Below, in pieces: positions 10,613 to 20,429 of a stretch of 64,000 bases of DNA. The notes below the pieces were generated by a model. It was not told the origin of the DNA and searched no databases. It worked only from the letters and a program-made list of their open reading frames with translations. The position numbers and the translations under genes were made by a program. The stretch's first letter is position 1. Each line of letters begins with the position of its first letter. The stretch is from NCBI GenBank assembly GCA_965246715.1, contig CBDFFH010000005.1, positions 288,001 through 352,000 on the forward strand, in the 5' to 3' direction. The DNA is from Chamaesiphon sp. (GTDB taxonomy: Bacteria > Cyanobacteriota > Cyanobacteriia > Cyanobacteriales > Chamaesiphonaceae).

Positions 10613-10984
10613 ATGTCTGTTCACCATGATTTGATTAACTTGACCGCAGACAACTTTCAGTCCGAAGTTATTCATTCACCAATTCCGGTGGTGGTAGATT
10701 GCTGGGCAAGCTGGTGTCTGCCTTTTTACAAGGATAATCTGCTCCTCGACAACCTCTCACAAGAGTTTGCCGGACGCATCAAAATCTGTCGCTTGAATGT
10801 GGCAACTGCCGATGAGATAGCAGCCTGCTATAGCATTCGTGCTGTACCTACACTGCTAATCTTCCGTGATGGCAAAATTGTAAATCGATCGATCGGTTCA
10901 GCGCAACCAGATAAAATCGTCGATCGGCTTAACACATTAACCCGAACTGCTGAATCAAATAAAAGACTAATTAGCTGTCAATGA
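10613..10984 (+). CDS. Thioredoxin-fold protein with atypical active site (CWASWCLPF)
   Basis: PVVVDCWASWC...IRAVPTLLIFRDGK; resolving Cys of CxxC absent. Confidence 0.85.
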   Translation: MSVHHDLINLTADNFQSEVIHSPIPVVVDCWASWCLPFYKDNLLLDNLSQEFAGRIKICRLNVATADEIAACYSIRAVPTLLIFRDGKIVNRSIGSAQPDKIVDRLNTLTRTAESNKRLISCQ

Positions 10985-11589
10985 ATTCCTCGCAACTAAA
11001 TCGGCTCCTCTTAGAAATAAGCTCATTTGCCTATCCTGTAGAGCTAGCCGCAGGAGAGATCCTATTTACTCAAACCGATCTTGCCGAAGCAGTATTTATG
11101 GTGGAATCTGGCTGCATCTTGCTGTTTAACTATACCGAAGATGGACACAGAATAAACCACTATAGTGCCAGAACCGGAGAACTCTTTGCCGAACTGATGT
11201 TGTTTCATGACGCATATCTCTGTACGGCGATCGCCGATACTCGATCGCGGGTATTGGTTTTGCCAAAGCAACCCTTTTTAACAGCACTCAAACATTCTCC
11301 CGAACTAACTGAAGCATTGATGTTGCAGTTAGCCAAACGACTCCATGAGAGCAAAATGTTGTTGGAACTACGAAGCATTCGTTCTGCTCATAAACGGGTG
11401 TTGCACTATTTACAACTACTGACCCCATCCCAGTCAAATACCTTAATTCTGGATCGTCCCCTGAAAGACATCGCTCTCGATGTGGGATTAACGCCTGAAG
11501 CTTTATCGCGATCGCTCAAATATCTACAAGAAATGGGTGTAATCTCTCGCAGCCAGCGGTCAATTAAGATTCATCGAAATCGGCTCTAA
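10981..11589 (+). CDS. Crp/Fnr family transcriptional regulator (paralog of 7020-7610)
   Basis: GELFAE, LRSIRS, DIALDVGLTPEALSR. Confidence 0.9.
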   Translation: MNSSQLNRLLLEISSFAYPVELAAGEILFTQTDLAEAVFMVESGCILLFNYTEDGHRINHYSARTGELFAELMLFHDAYLCTAIADTRSRVLVLPKQPFLTALKHSPELTEALMLQLAKRLHESKMLLELRSIRSAHKRVLHYLQLLTPSQSNTLILDRPLKDIALDVGLTPEALSRSLKYLQEMGVISRSQRSIKIHRNRL

Positions 11590-11590
11590 A

Positions 11591-11604
11591 TTGATTCTAA
11601 TCAT
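11591..11604. promoter_or_regulatory. Fnr-like box TTGAT-N4-ATCAT
   Basis: Immediately after the second Crp/Fnr gene, ~70 bp before the GAF kinase ATG. Confidence 0.5.
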
Positions 11605-11674
11605 TGAAAGTTCTGGGTGCAAATCCTATAGTGGGTCTATTTATTTCCCAGCTCTTCATTATGAGTATCTGTCT

Positions 11675-12940
11675 ATGAGTTCTCTAGACCCCCGCTCCTC
11701 TGCGTTCAGTCACCATGTGTTGGCATGTTTAACGGAACTAAGTTATCATGCTGGCGACTTGGATGGCTACTTAACAAAGCTGGTGCTGGGTGTCAGCAGA
11801 TTAATTCAGTCTGATTGGTCGATCGTGACTATTTGTGAGGGCGATACAGGTCGAGTTGTCGCCAGTAGCCTCGATACGGGACAGGAAGATGCTGGTTTCT
11901 CGGTTCACGGGACACTCGCCAATGAAGTGACTATCTCAGGGCGACCGCTGATCGTTGAAGATAGTCGCAAACAATTGAGAGTAAATAATCCGCCCCCAGA
12001 ATATCCCTGCTATTTGGGAGTCCCGTTAAGAACATCTAGCAAAGAAGTAATTGGGACGATTTGTTCTTTCCTGCGGGAGCCGCGTCCCTTCACAGATTCG
12101 GAAGTCAAAATTGTGGAATTATTTGCCGAAAGAGCAGCTACAGCAATTGAAAATTATCGGCTCTATCAGCAGCAGATCCGATTCAATCAACGGCTGGCTG
12201 AAGAGGTTGCTGCCCGAACAAACGAGCTTCAGCTTGCCCAAGCACAGCTAATCGAACGGGAACGATTAGCTGCCATTGGCGAATTTACAGCCACGATCGT
12301 CCATGAAGTGCGGAATCCCCTGATGACGATTGAAATGGGCTTAAAATATGCCCATAGAGTTTTGGATTCCAATGCCGATCGAGAGCGGCTAGCCCTGTCG
12401 CTGAGCGAATCCGATCGGCTCAAACATCTATTGCAGGAAATTCTTTCCTATGCAAAACCCCAACCATTGCAGCTCTCCAGGTTGAATATCAGTGAATTCT
12501 TGAAGCTGCTGTTAATCCAGATTCAGGAACTACCCGAAGCTGTCGATCGCCGGATCGATTTTGAAAACCATCTTCCAGCGGGTGAGGTGATGGCAGATAT
12601 TAATAAGTTAAAACAAGTTTTTATCAATCTGTTTCGGAATGCCTGTGAGGCGATCGATCCCCACGATAGTATTAGTTGTTCGCTCGGTATCGAAATCGAC
12701 TCGAACTATGTTTGGATTCAAATCCATAACGGTGGAGAGCCGATTCCACCAGAATTATTGCCCCAACTTACCACACCTTTCTGTTCGTCCAAATCCTCTG
12801 GTACTGGATTGGGGTTGGCAATTTCCAAGCGAATTCTTACGGCGCACGATGGCAAACTGACGATCGCCTCTTCTAGTCTAGGAACGACAGTAAGCGTTTA
12901 TCTGCCGATCTGCTCCCATCCGATCGCAAATTCGGGTTGA
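11675..12940 (+). CDS. GAF-domain sensor histidine kinase
   Basis: GAF (YLGVPL), H-box HEVRNPL, N-box, GTGLGLAI. Confidence 0.92.
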   Translation: MSSLDPRSSAFSHHVLACLTELSYHAGDLDGYLTKLVLGVSRLIQSDWSIVTICEGDTGRVVASSLDTGQEDAGFSVHGTLANEVTISGRPLIVEDSRKQLRVNNPPPEYPCYLGVPLRTSSKEVIGTICSFLREPRPFTDSEVKIVELFAERAATAIENYRLYQQQIRFNQRLAEEVAARTNELQLAQAQLIERERLAAIGEFTATIVHEVRNPLMTIEMGLKYAHRVLDSNADRERLALSLSESDRLKHLLQEILSYAKPQPLQLSRLNISEFLKLLLIQIQELPEAVDRRIDFENHLPAGEVMADINKLKQVFINLFRNACEAIDPHDSISCSLGIEIDSNYVWIQIHNGGEPIPPELLPQLTTPFCSSKSSGTGLGLAISKRILTAHDGKLTIASSSLGTTVSVYLPICSHPIANSG

Positions 12941-13069
12941 GGATCTCAACATCTGTAATTCAGGTTTTATTCTGGAAAGACGATCGAAAACTTGATGCTT
13001 TCACCTAATGTCGATCGCGATCGCGAATCGGTGGTGTTTTGAGATTGCGAAACAAAGCGAGTATCAGCT

Positions 13070-13096
13070 TGTCACAAACCAAGTGTCTGCCTCGTC
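13070..13096 (+). promoter_or_regulatory. ECF41 (SigJ-type) promoter TGTCACA-N16-CGTC
   Basis: TGTCACA 13070-13076, 16-nt spacer, CGTC 13093-13096; operon ends in an ECF41 sigma gene. Confidence 0.85.
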
Positions 13097-13137
13097 TTAG
13101 TTAAGATAGACCAATCTCTAATCATAGGCAAGACATT

Positions 13138-13800
13138 ATGTCTGAGCTACTTACCTGTTTTGATGCCATTCTGAGCCAAACGGCTCCTAAAATCTCCACT
13201 CGTCTACAGCCTGGACTGGAGATCGCTGAAATTGAGACCCAAATCACTTCATTCTCATGGCAGTTTCCTCAGGACGCTTTCGATCTGTATTCATGGCACA
13301 ACGGGCTATCTGGTATACCAGGAAAGTTAAATTTGGTAGAGAAGCTGCTTAGGGTAAAAGGAAAATGGCATGGAGAGTTATCGGGTCGAGAGAATGAAGT
13401 GCATCTATATCTGGGAAATCGCCTGATTATTGCAAAATTCTTGCCTCTGGACTATGCCTTAGCAGGACATCGCCACTTAAAGCTGGGCAGATGCCCCATC
13501 GATCTACTGCCTTTTTCGATCTTGACTGATGCCAACGATACGATTTACTGCATGATGCGATTAGATCCAGAGAATCCCGTCATTTACTGTGCCAACGGGA
13601 CAAACCTGCCGCCGATGAAAGTCACTGAGTCATTTTTATCAACACAGCCTCAATTTAGCCAATTGAGCGATTTCATCATGTTCTTGACCGCAGTAGGTCA
13701 GCAGAGCATTCGACCGATCGCGACAAATCAACAAAACACGATTGATTGCGAACTCAATCAGATGCAGTTTGAGCAAAGCTACCAACAATGTAAAGGCTAA
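13138..13800 (+). CDS. Hypothetical protein, SMI1/KNR4-like N-terminus
   Basis: LQPGL...IE...FPQDAFDLYSWHNG pattern. Confidence 0.55.
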   Translation: MSELLTCFDAILSQTAPKISTRLQPGLEIAEIETQITSFSWQFPQDAFDLYSWHNGLSGIPGKLNLVEKLLRVKGKWHGELSGRENEVHLYLGNRLIIAKFLPLDYALAGHRHLKLGRCPIDLLPFSILTDANDTIYCMMRLDPENPVIYCANGTNLPPMKVTESFLSTQPQFSQLSDFIMFLTAVGQQSIRPIATNQQNTIDCELNQMQFEQSYQQCKG

Positions 13801-13831
13801 ATCGTCTCATCGAAAATTATATCGCAGCCTC

Positions 13832-14455
13832 ATGAAACTACTTGAAATTCAATCCAGTGTACGGGCAGAAAAATCGATTTCTCGCACCCTCAGTCACGAA
13901 TTTATTCAAACATGGCAGAATTTTCATCCTGATGGAAGACACCAACAGCGAGATGTCGGTTTGAATCCTCCGGCTCATCCTACAGAACTGTGGACAACGG
14001 CAAATTATCTTCCGTCAGATAGCCATACTTCAGAAATGGAATCAGCACTCGCTGAATCTGAGCAACTCATTCAGGAATTGCTGTGGGCAGATTATCTATT
14101 GCTCGGTGTGCCGATGTATAACTTTAGCGTTCCATCTACGTTTAAGGTGTATGTGGATAATATCGTTCGAGTGAATCGCACCTTTGCATTCGATCCGGCT
14201 AATTCAACCTTTGAAGGACTTGTCACCCATAAAAAGGCATTAGTCATTACTCCGAGTGCTGGAGACTTTGCGCCCGATACGCGACTGGGCAGTATGAATT
14301 TTTGTGAAACCTATCTGCGATCGATTCTCGGTTTTATTGGCATTGAAGACATCATTATTGTTTCTGTTCCTAATCAGTTTATGCCCGATGAGATTCGGCA
14401 ACAGTCAATCGAACAGGCCCGCACAAAGCTGATGAGTTTAGCGGCAACTTGGTAA
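13832..14455 (+). CDS. azoR: FMN-dependent NADH-azoreductase (AzoR/AcpD)
   Basis: SSVRAEKSISR, PMYNFSVPSTFKVYVD, YLRSILGFIGI. Confidence 0.88.
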   Translation: MKLLEIQSSVRAEKSISRTLSHEFIQTWQNFHPDGRHQQRDVGLNPPAHPTELWTTANYLPSDSHTSEMESALAESEQLIQELLWADYLLLGVPMYNFSVPSTFKVYVDNIVRVNRTFAFDPANSTFEGLVTHKKALVITPSAGDFAPDTRLGSMNFCETYLRSILGFIGIEDIIIVSVPNQFMPDEIRQQSIEQARTKLMSLAATW

Positions 14456-14458
14456 CTT

Positions 14459-15313
14459 ATGAACCAATTAGATCTGTTTAACCAGTATCGCTCTCTTTTA
14501 TTTGCGATCGCCTATCGAATGCTAGGCAGCGTGACTGAGGCAGAAGATATTGTTCAGGAAGCCTGGATTCGCTGGCAAAGTATCGATAGCATTGTACAAT
14601 CGCCCAAAGCGTTTCTGTCGAGTGTTGTGACTCGTTTATGTATCGACCATCTGCGATCGGCGCGGGTCAAACGAGAGCAGTATACAGGCACATGGTTGCC
14701 AGAGCCACTCATCACGGAACCAGCAGCAGACTGTGCTGAATTAGCAGAATCTCTTTCATTCGCATTTCTGATGCTGCTTGAATGCCTCTCTCCGACCGAA
14801 AGAGCCGTTTTCCTGTTACGTGAAGTGTTTGATTATGACTACGAGTCGATTGCCCTGACTGTTAGAAAAAGTGTCCCCAACTGCCGTCAGATTGTGCGCC
14901 GCGCCCGTCAGCATCTAGTACTACGCAGACCAGCGATAGATCCTAATTCCCATGATAAAGAAATCTTGGTCGAGCAATTCCTTGAATATTGGAGTCATGG
15001 CGATTTACAGGGACTCGTTGCGCTGATGGCGCAAGATGTCACGTTCTGGGCAGATGGCGGGGGAAAAGTAGTTGCCGCACAGAAACCATTGTGTGGCTGT
15101 CTAAAAGTCGCTCGTTTTTTAGTCGCGATCCGTCGCAGCCAACGAACACCGATACTGATTTCGCGAGTGATAGAGTTCAATGGTCAGACTGGAGTTGTTA
15201 ATGTCGCCGATGGGAAACCTCACAGTACGTTTAGCTTTGAGTTTGCAGGAGATAAAATCCAATCAATTTTTGCAGTGGTTAATCCAGAGAAGTTAGGAGC
15301 CGTAAAATCATAG
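14459..15313 (+). CDS. ECF41/SigJ-type sigma factor with SnoaL-like C-terminal extension
   Basis: AYRMLGS, GTWLPEP, ADGGGK and NPEKL motifs. Confidence 0.93.
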   Translation: MNQLDLFNQYRSLLFAIAYRMLGSVTEAEDIVQEAWIRWQSIDSIVQSPKAFLSSVVTRLCIDHLRSARVKREQYTGTWLPEPLITEPAADCAELAESLSFAFLMLLECLSPTERAVFLLREVFDYDYESIALTVRKSVPNCRQIVRRARQHLVLRRPAIDPNSHDKEILVEQFLEYWSHGDLQGLVALMAQDVTFWADGGGKVVAAQKPLCGCLKVARFLVAIRRSQRTPILISRVIEFNGQTGVVNVADGKPHSTFSFEFAGDKIQSIFAVVNPEKLGAVKS

Positions 15314-15397
15314 TTAAGTCTTTAGGCAACAGCAGCCCAACAACCTGATTGGAGCGGACTTGGGCAAAGGATGGATATCTTTACGCTCAGAATTTCT

Positions 15398-16084
15398 CTA
15401 CCAGAATGCAGGTTTATGACGAATTAAACTGAGGAATTCCTCACGAGTTTTGGGATCTTCCTGAAACGCACCTACCATAGCACTCGTAACCGTCCAAGCT
15501 CCGGGCTTCTGCACGCCGCGCATCGACATACACATGTGAGTTGCTTCGATAACCACCGCCACCCCCTGGGGTGCTAACACCTCTTGAATAGCATCGGCAA
15601 TTTGACGAGTCAATCGTTCCTGTACTTGCAAACGCCGCGCATACATTTCGACAATTCGAGCGAGTTTGCTCAAACCCACCACTTTTTGGTTGGGAAGATA
15701 GGCGATGTGTGCGCGACCGACAAATGGCAACATGTGATGCTCGCACAAGCTAAACAGATCGATATCCCGCACCAATACCATTTCGTTGTGCCCTTCGTCG
15801 AACACCGCATCGTTGATGATTTCTTCCAACGATTGATGATAGCCACTGGTGAGGAATTGCATTGCTTTTGCCACTCGATCGGGTGTTTTGAGCAAGCCTT
15901 CCCGATCGGGGTTTTCATCTACACCTAAAATTAGGGTACGCACGGCATCTGCCATGTCTACTTGGCTGACTTTATAGATCGCGGGCGATTTATTGGCATT
16001 CATACCATTGAGAGAATTGCCTTTAGGTGAGGTCGATTGGGGCTGAGAACTTTTTGGAGATGAATGACGATCGGCAATAGTCAT
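15398..16084 (-). CDS. folE: GTP cyclohydrolase I
   Basis: [32 protein letters not shown]. Confidence 0.97.
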   Translation of the reverse strand: MTIADRHSSPKSSQPQSTSPKGNSLNGMNANKSPAIYKVSQVDMADAVRTLILGVDENPDREGLLKTPDRVAKAMQFLTSGYHQSLEEIINDAVFDEGHNEMVLVRDIDLFSLCEHHMLPFVGRAHIAYLPNQKVVGLSKLARIVEMYARRLQVQERLTRQIADAIQEVLAPQGVAVVIEATHMCMSMRGVQKPGAWTVTSAMVGAFQEDPKTREEFLSLIRHKPAFW

Positions 16085-16115
16085 GATAGATGTAGATAAA
16101 GAATATGATGGCGAT

Positions 16116-16139
16116 CCGGCAAAGCCGACGCTACGCGAT
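16116..16139 (-). mobile_element. 24-nt small dispersed repeat in a HIP1-like site
   Basis: Minus strand TCG[ATCGCGTAGCGTCGGCTTTGCCGG]ATCGC. Confidence 0.75.
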
Positions 16140-16156
16140 CGAATAGCGAAAACTTG

Positions 16157-16783
16157 TTATGAATGGAGTAGTTTCTGGATCGTGCGTTCGGTTTCGGCAT
16201 AAGCTCCTTCGCCAATATGGTCGTAGGTGATATTGCCCTGACGATCTGCTAAAAATAGATGCGGCCAATATTCATTTTTGTAAGCCTGCCAAGTTTTGAA
16301 GTTATTATCGATCGCGACTGGATAGGTAATGCCCTGCCGCCGCATCGCAGCTCGAACGTTACTTATCTTCCGCTCGTAGGGGGACTCTGGCGTATGGATG
16401 CCGACTACTTTGAGTCCTTGCGCTGCATACTTACGATGCCAAGCAGTGACGTGGGGTAAGGTGCGCTGACAGTTGATGCACGAATACGTCCAAAACTGAA
16501 TCAAAGCTACGCTACCCTTGAGATCTTGGCTGGTGAGTGGGGATGAATTCAACCACTCTTGGATGCCCTGAAATTCAGGCAGAGCGTTACCTGTAGATTG
16601 AAGGGCAAGGATCTGGGTAGAATCGGCATCCAACATTGCTTTGGTATTAGCAGGATCGATTTGATGCGCCGATCCGAAGCTCCCTTCATTAGCGGTAGCT
16701 CTAAATGCAGATGTGGCTCCTGCACCCACTAAACCTAATCCTAAATACAGAATTCGTCGTCTTTGCCAGATTGACTTATCCAT
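16157..16783 (-). CDS. DipZ-like thioredoxin/redoxin with twin-arginine-like signal
   Basis: QRRRILYL, FWTYSCINC, GIHTPE, YWPH, HIGEGAY. Confidence 0.9.
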   Translation of the reverse strand: MDKSIWQRRRILYLGLGLVGAGATSAFRATANEGSFGSAHQIDPANTKAMLDADSTQILALQSTGNALPEFQGIQEWLNSSPLTSQDLKGSVALIQFWTYSCINCQRTLPHVTAWHRKYAAQGLKVVGIHTPESPYERKISNVRAAMRRQGITYPVAIDNNFKTWQAYKNEYWPHLFLADRQGNITYDHIGEGAYAETERTIQKLLHS

Positions 16784-16916
16784 TTGCTTATCTCATAAGT
16801 GGATGAAGAGTTACTAGATCGGCAGATTTCACTATTCGTTCGCGTCCCAATTTCCAGGGGGAGAGGCTCCGTCCACCAACGAGATGAGGTCGCGTAACCT
16901 GCCACCGATCTCAAAT

Positions 16917-17201
16917 CTACGGCTTGGATGTTGGCGTTGGTTTTACATCACCTTTCATAGCACCGCCCTTATCCTTCATTGCGTCGCCTTTCATAGCACC
17001 GCCCTTATCCTTCATGGCATCACCCTTCATCGCACCGTCTTTATCTTTCATGGCATCACCTTGTTGGGTAGCGTCAGGGGTTGCAGTTGGCGGAGTCGAG
17101 CATGAAGTAAGAGTAGTAGATAAGATGAGTCCAGCGAGGAGAACTAAGATTTTCCAGTTTTTGGTGCGATCGCTCCCGGCAAAAACAGTAGCTAATTTCA
17201 T
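16917..17201 (-). CDS. Methionine-rich MXKDX-type repeat lipoprotein
   Basis: Hydrophobic signal + lipobox LTSC, then 3 x DAMKDK(D/G)GAMKG. Confidence 0.8.
   Translation of the reverse strand: MKLATVFAGSDRTKNWKILVLLAGLILSTTLTSCSTPPTATPDATQQGDAMKDKDGAMKGDAMKDKGGAMKGDAMKDKGGAMKGDVKPTPTSKP
16947..17060. repeat. 36-bp tandem repeat x3 encoding the Met-rich units
   Basis: Units start at 16947, 16983 and 17019. Confidence 0.9.
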
Positions 17202-17285
17202 GGATTACTCCCGATCGATTGTCGATCGATATAATGTTTTTAAGCGAACCGAATGTGGCTCGACAATTACAGTATCTCCAACTGT

Positions 17286-17368
17286 CCTGAAACCTTTGTG
17301 AGCCAAACCCTAAAATTACCTAAATTTATTCTGAGAACGTTCTCATGCCAATCTCAGCAATTTATCAG
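17286..17368. promoter_or_regulatory. 11-bp-phased CTNAG box array
   Basis: cctgaa 17286, tgtgag 17297, cctaaa 17319, tctgag 17330, tctcat 17341, tctcag 17352, tatcag 17363. Confidence 0.7.
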
Positions 17369-17404
17369 ACTAACATTACATTCGGAATTACTACTAATTA
17401 AATT

Positions 17405-17959
17405 CTATCGATCGCGTCGTTCCAAACGCACATCAACCTCGCGTTCTACATAATCCCATTCCTTGCTCGATCGCATCCGCACGAGTAATTCATCAAATGC
17501 CTGGGTATGTTCTGGCGCAAATTCAAACCAGGTGAGAAAATCAAAGGGTTCGCCGATGTCGCGACAGTGGAGTAGCCGACGGGCAACTCCAGGCAGATAG
17601 TCCATCCCCACAGCGGTGTGATGCGACTCTTCCTCAAAAATCGCCCTTCGTTCGTCTTTCGCCATTTCCCACCATTGGAGCGATTTTTTAATCGGAATCA
17701 GCACCGCACAAATTGCGTCCGATCGATTCAATACGGGCTGAATTGCTTTTAATGCCATAACTTCATCGTGCATGGCATACCGAACATTACTGCTAAAGCC
17801 TTGGAGAATCCACGAACTATCTAATGGTAATTCCTTAATATCATCATTCACTACATCTACTCGTTCTACAAATTCTAGATTAGCACCGAAAATACTTCGC
17901 ACATCTACTACGTGCCATGTGCCTTGGTTGCCACCAATAAACGAATATCTGTTGTTCAT
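17405..17959 (-). CDS. cld: Chlorite dismutase, short (clade 2) type
   Basis: IPIKKS..WW, HHTAVG (proximal His), VARRLLHCRD (catalytic Arg), FDFLTWFEF, EWDYVEREV; 184 aa. Confidence 0.9.
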   Translation of the reverse strand: MNNRYSFIGGNQGTWHVVDVRSIFGANLEFVERVDVVNDDIKELPLDSSWILQGFSSNVRYAMHDEVMALKAIQPVLNRSDAICAVLIPIKKSLQWWEMAKDERRAIFEEESHHTAVGMDYLPGVARRLLHCRDIGEPFDFLTWFEFAPEHTQAFDELLVRMRSSKEWDYVEREVDVRLERRDR

Positions 17960-18124
17960 ATTATTCTACAAATCACTATGCACTCGATCGAGAAGTACAC
18001 AAATAATTCTAAGGTGGTTGAAATTCTCAAAAATTAATAGCAGATTAAAATTTCCGTTTATTTAAATAAGTTTTTGCTGAAAATCCCATCTGACGTTTTT
18101 AGACGATCGCGTTACTTCTGGCGA

Positions 18125-18175
18125 TCTCGATCTCATCCCATTAGCAGCATAACTGCTAATGGGATGAGATCGAGA
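18125..18175. terminator. Perfect 23-bp inverted repeat, 5-nt loop
   Basis: TCTCGATCTCATCCCATTAGCAG-cataa-CTGCTAATGGGATGAGATCGAGA downstream of tetR. Confidence 0.6.
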
Positions 18176-18251
18176 CAGAGATTGATGATTTCGCTCTGGG
18201 CACTAGAGATCGCCTCTCGATCTGTCTACCATTTTGGATCGTGAGTGCCAC

Positions 18252-18812
18252 TTAGACTGTGACTAATCGCTTTAACCGATCGGTGACTTCATCCATCAAC
18301 TCTGGACGCTTTAGGGTCACTGCCAAAATCATCGTGCCTTGCAAAGTCCCGATCGTGTGAACGGCTAATGTTGCAGCATCAGCGAGATCGCCCAATGCTG
18401 ATTCAATCCAATCGAGTAACCGGGTGAAAAATCGCCGCGCCGCTGCTGACACCGCCTCTGGTAAATCCTTCGACTCTGCTCCCAACATACAGCCCAAACA
18501 AATCATCCCGTCATTCTGCACAGCCGCTCGATAGCAGTCGCATAATCGTTGTAAATGTTCTGCTGTTGTCGAGCGGGTGAGATCCACAGCACCCAACGTT
18601 GCTAACAATTTATCGCTATAGCGATCGATTACCGCTGCACCCAGCAATGCCTTCTGCGGAAAATGGTAATGCACACTGGCAGCCTTAATTCCCACATCTG
18701 CTGCCAGATCCCGATAGCTCACGGCTTCAAATCCGCCTCGGCGAATCCGAATCTCCGCCGCCTCAAGTATTTCGATCGCCTTGTCTGAATATTCCGTTGC
18801 ATCATCTTTCAT
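18252..18812 (-). CDS. TetR family regulator, NemR-like, Cys-containing
   Basis: SYRDLAADVGIKAASVHYHFPQK; LCDC and CLGC. Confidence 0.88.
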   Translation of the reverse strand: MKDDATEYSDKAIEILEAAEIRIRRGGFEAVSYRDLAADVGIKAASVHYHFPQKALLGAAVIDRYSDKLLATLGAVDLTRSTTAEHLQRLCDCYRAAVQNDGMICLGCMLGAESKDLPEAVSAAARRFFTRLLDWIESALGDLADAATLAVHTIGTLQGTMILAVTLKRPELMDEVTDRLKRLVTV

Positions 18813-18821
18813 AATTTCAAT

Positions 18822-18890
18822 TATCTAACGTTAGATAGGGGTTGACAACCATCCATGTCTCGCCGCATAAGTTGTCTAACGAACGTTAGA
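18822..18890. promoter_or_regulatory. Two TetR operators flanking a TTGACA -35
   Basis: TATCTAACGTTAGATA (18822-18837), TCTAACG-AA-CGTTAGA (18875-18890), TTGACA 18842-18847. Confidence 0.78.
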
Positions 18891-18922
18891 TAGATAGAAT
18901 CCTTTTAGTTTGGAGAACTGCC

Positions 18923-19537
18923 ATGAAAGTCTACGAATACAAAGCCTTCCCCAACCCTTGGAGAGTCCGCATGGCTCTGGCGGAAAAAGGGTTAACCGAT
19001 CGAGTAGAATTTATCCAAGTCGATCTGCCCCACGGCGAACATAAGCAACCAGCGTTCCTGGCAAAAAATCCGGCGGGTGCTGTGCCCTTGCTGGAACTAG
19101 AGGATGGTACCTGTATTACCGAATGTACCGCCATTACCGAGTATTTCGACCATTTTACGGGCGAGCCAACTCTGACGGGTCAGAATGCCACGGAGCGAGC
19201 CACAATCCATATGATGCAACGGCGAGTAGAAGCAAATTTTTTGGATGCGATCGCCCACTACTTCCACCATGCCACGCCCGGATTGGGCTTTGAAGCTTAT
19301 CAAGTTAAGGAATGGGGCCAAAAGCAGAAGGAACAGGCGATCGCCACCCTGAACGGCTTAGATAAATTATTGGCAACTCAGCCTTATATTGCGGGCGATC
19401 GCTTTACGGTGGCAGATATTACGGCTTTGGCTGGGATTGCGTTTGGTGGCTTTTGTCAAATTACGATTCCCGCAACGGCAACTCATCTAGCAGCTTGGCA
19501 CGATCGAATGCAGCAACGACCGAGTTTTGGTGCGTAA
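18923..19537 (+). CDS. Glutathione S-transferase
   Basis: FPNPWRVRMALAEKG, NPAGAVPLL, RFTVADIT. Confidence 0.92.
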   Translation: MKVYEYKAFPNPWRVRMALAEKGLTDRVEFIQVDLPHGEHKQPAFLAKNPAGAVPLLELEDGTCITECTAITEYFDHFTGEPTLTGQNATERATIHMMQRRVEANFLDAIAHYFHHATPGLGFEAYQVKEWGQKQKEQAIATLNGLDKLLATQPYIAGDRFTVADITALAGIAFGGFCQITIPATATHLAAWHDRMQQRPSFGA

Positions 19538-19561
19538 TTGCCATGATTGATGGGGGAGAGA

Positions 19562-20230
19562 ATGATGGAACTCAATGCTGATTTTACCAAACGAGCGGTG
19601 GTGCATGGGGCGGCGATGCCTTGGCAAGCATCACCCATGCCAGGGGTGGAGCGGCGAATGCTCGATCGTATTGGAGAGGAAGTGGCACGGGCAACAACGA
19701 TCGTCCGCTATGCTCCCAAGAGCCAGTTCTCTCCCCATACCCACGGCGGTGGCGAAGAATTTTTGGTTTTGGCTGGGGTTTTTCAGGATGAATATGGGGA
19801 TTATCCGATGGGCACCTATGTGCGGAATCCACCAACATCCCGTCATACGCCAAGTTCGGTCGGTGGCTGCATCATTCTGGTCAAACTCTGGCAATTCAAC
19901 CCAGACGATCGTACCCAAGTGACGATCGATACCACGAACCAGCCATACATCGCCGATCTGACGCGGCGCGGAGTTACCACGCTGCCGTTGTTTGAAGACG
20001 ATCGAGAAACGGTGCGACTGGAAAAATGGGAGGCGAATGCTTCAATCGATTTACTCGCACCCGATGGGTTAGAAACGTTTGTACTTCAAGGTGGCTTTCG
20101 TGAGAGTGGTGATGTCTTTGAGCTTTACTCTTGGTTGCGATTGCCGCCAGATTCTCGGCTATTGGCGCAATCTGGTGCGGCAGGATGCCAAGTTTGGCTC
20201 AAGCAGTTGAGATCGAGAACTTCCTACTAA
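19562..20230 (+). CDS. ChrR-like cupin domain protein
   Basis: GVERRMLDR, HTHGGGEE, RNPPTSRHTP. Confidence 0.9.
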   Translation: MMELNADFTKRAVVHGAAMPWQASPMPGVERRMLDRIGEEVARATTIVRYAPKSQFSPHTHGGGEEFLVLAGVFQDEYGDYPMGTYVRNPPTSRHTPSSVGGCIILVKLWQFNPDDRTQVTIDTTNQPYIADLTRRGVTTLPLFEDDRETVRLEKWEANASIDLLAPDGLETFVLQGGFRESGDVFELYSWLRLPPDSRLLAQSGAAGCQVWLKQLRSRTSY

Positions 20231-20429
20231 AATCTGATGCAGAAATACAGTTAGCGATTAAAATTATCGATCGCAGTCTGAACTTGAAGTTCGCCCTAAG
20301 TTAGAAAATGCCAGTTAGAATCGATCGCACCCAAGGATGGAATAGCATCTTTAGGTATTTGTCGCGATCGCCCGATGATCCATCGCTACCACGATCGCTC
20401 AGGCTAAAATAGAAGAACAATGTCGAAAT

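Noticed and set aside
16836..16882. Possible compound small dispersed repeat
   Set aside because: Partial motifs in both orientations; no clean boundaries or restored target
16884..17301. Plus-strand repetitive ORFs (16884-17105, 16924-17301)
   Set aside because: Antisense shadows of the Met-rich lipoprotein repeat
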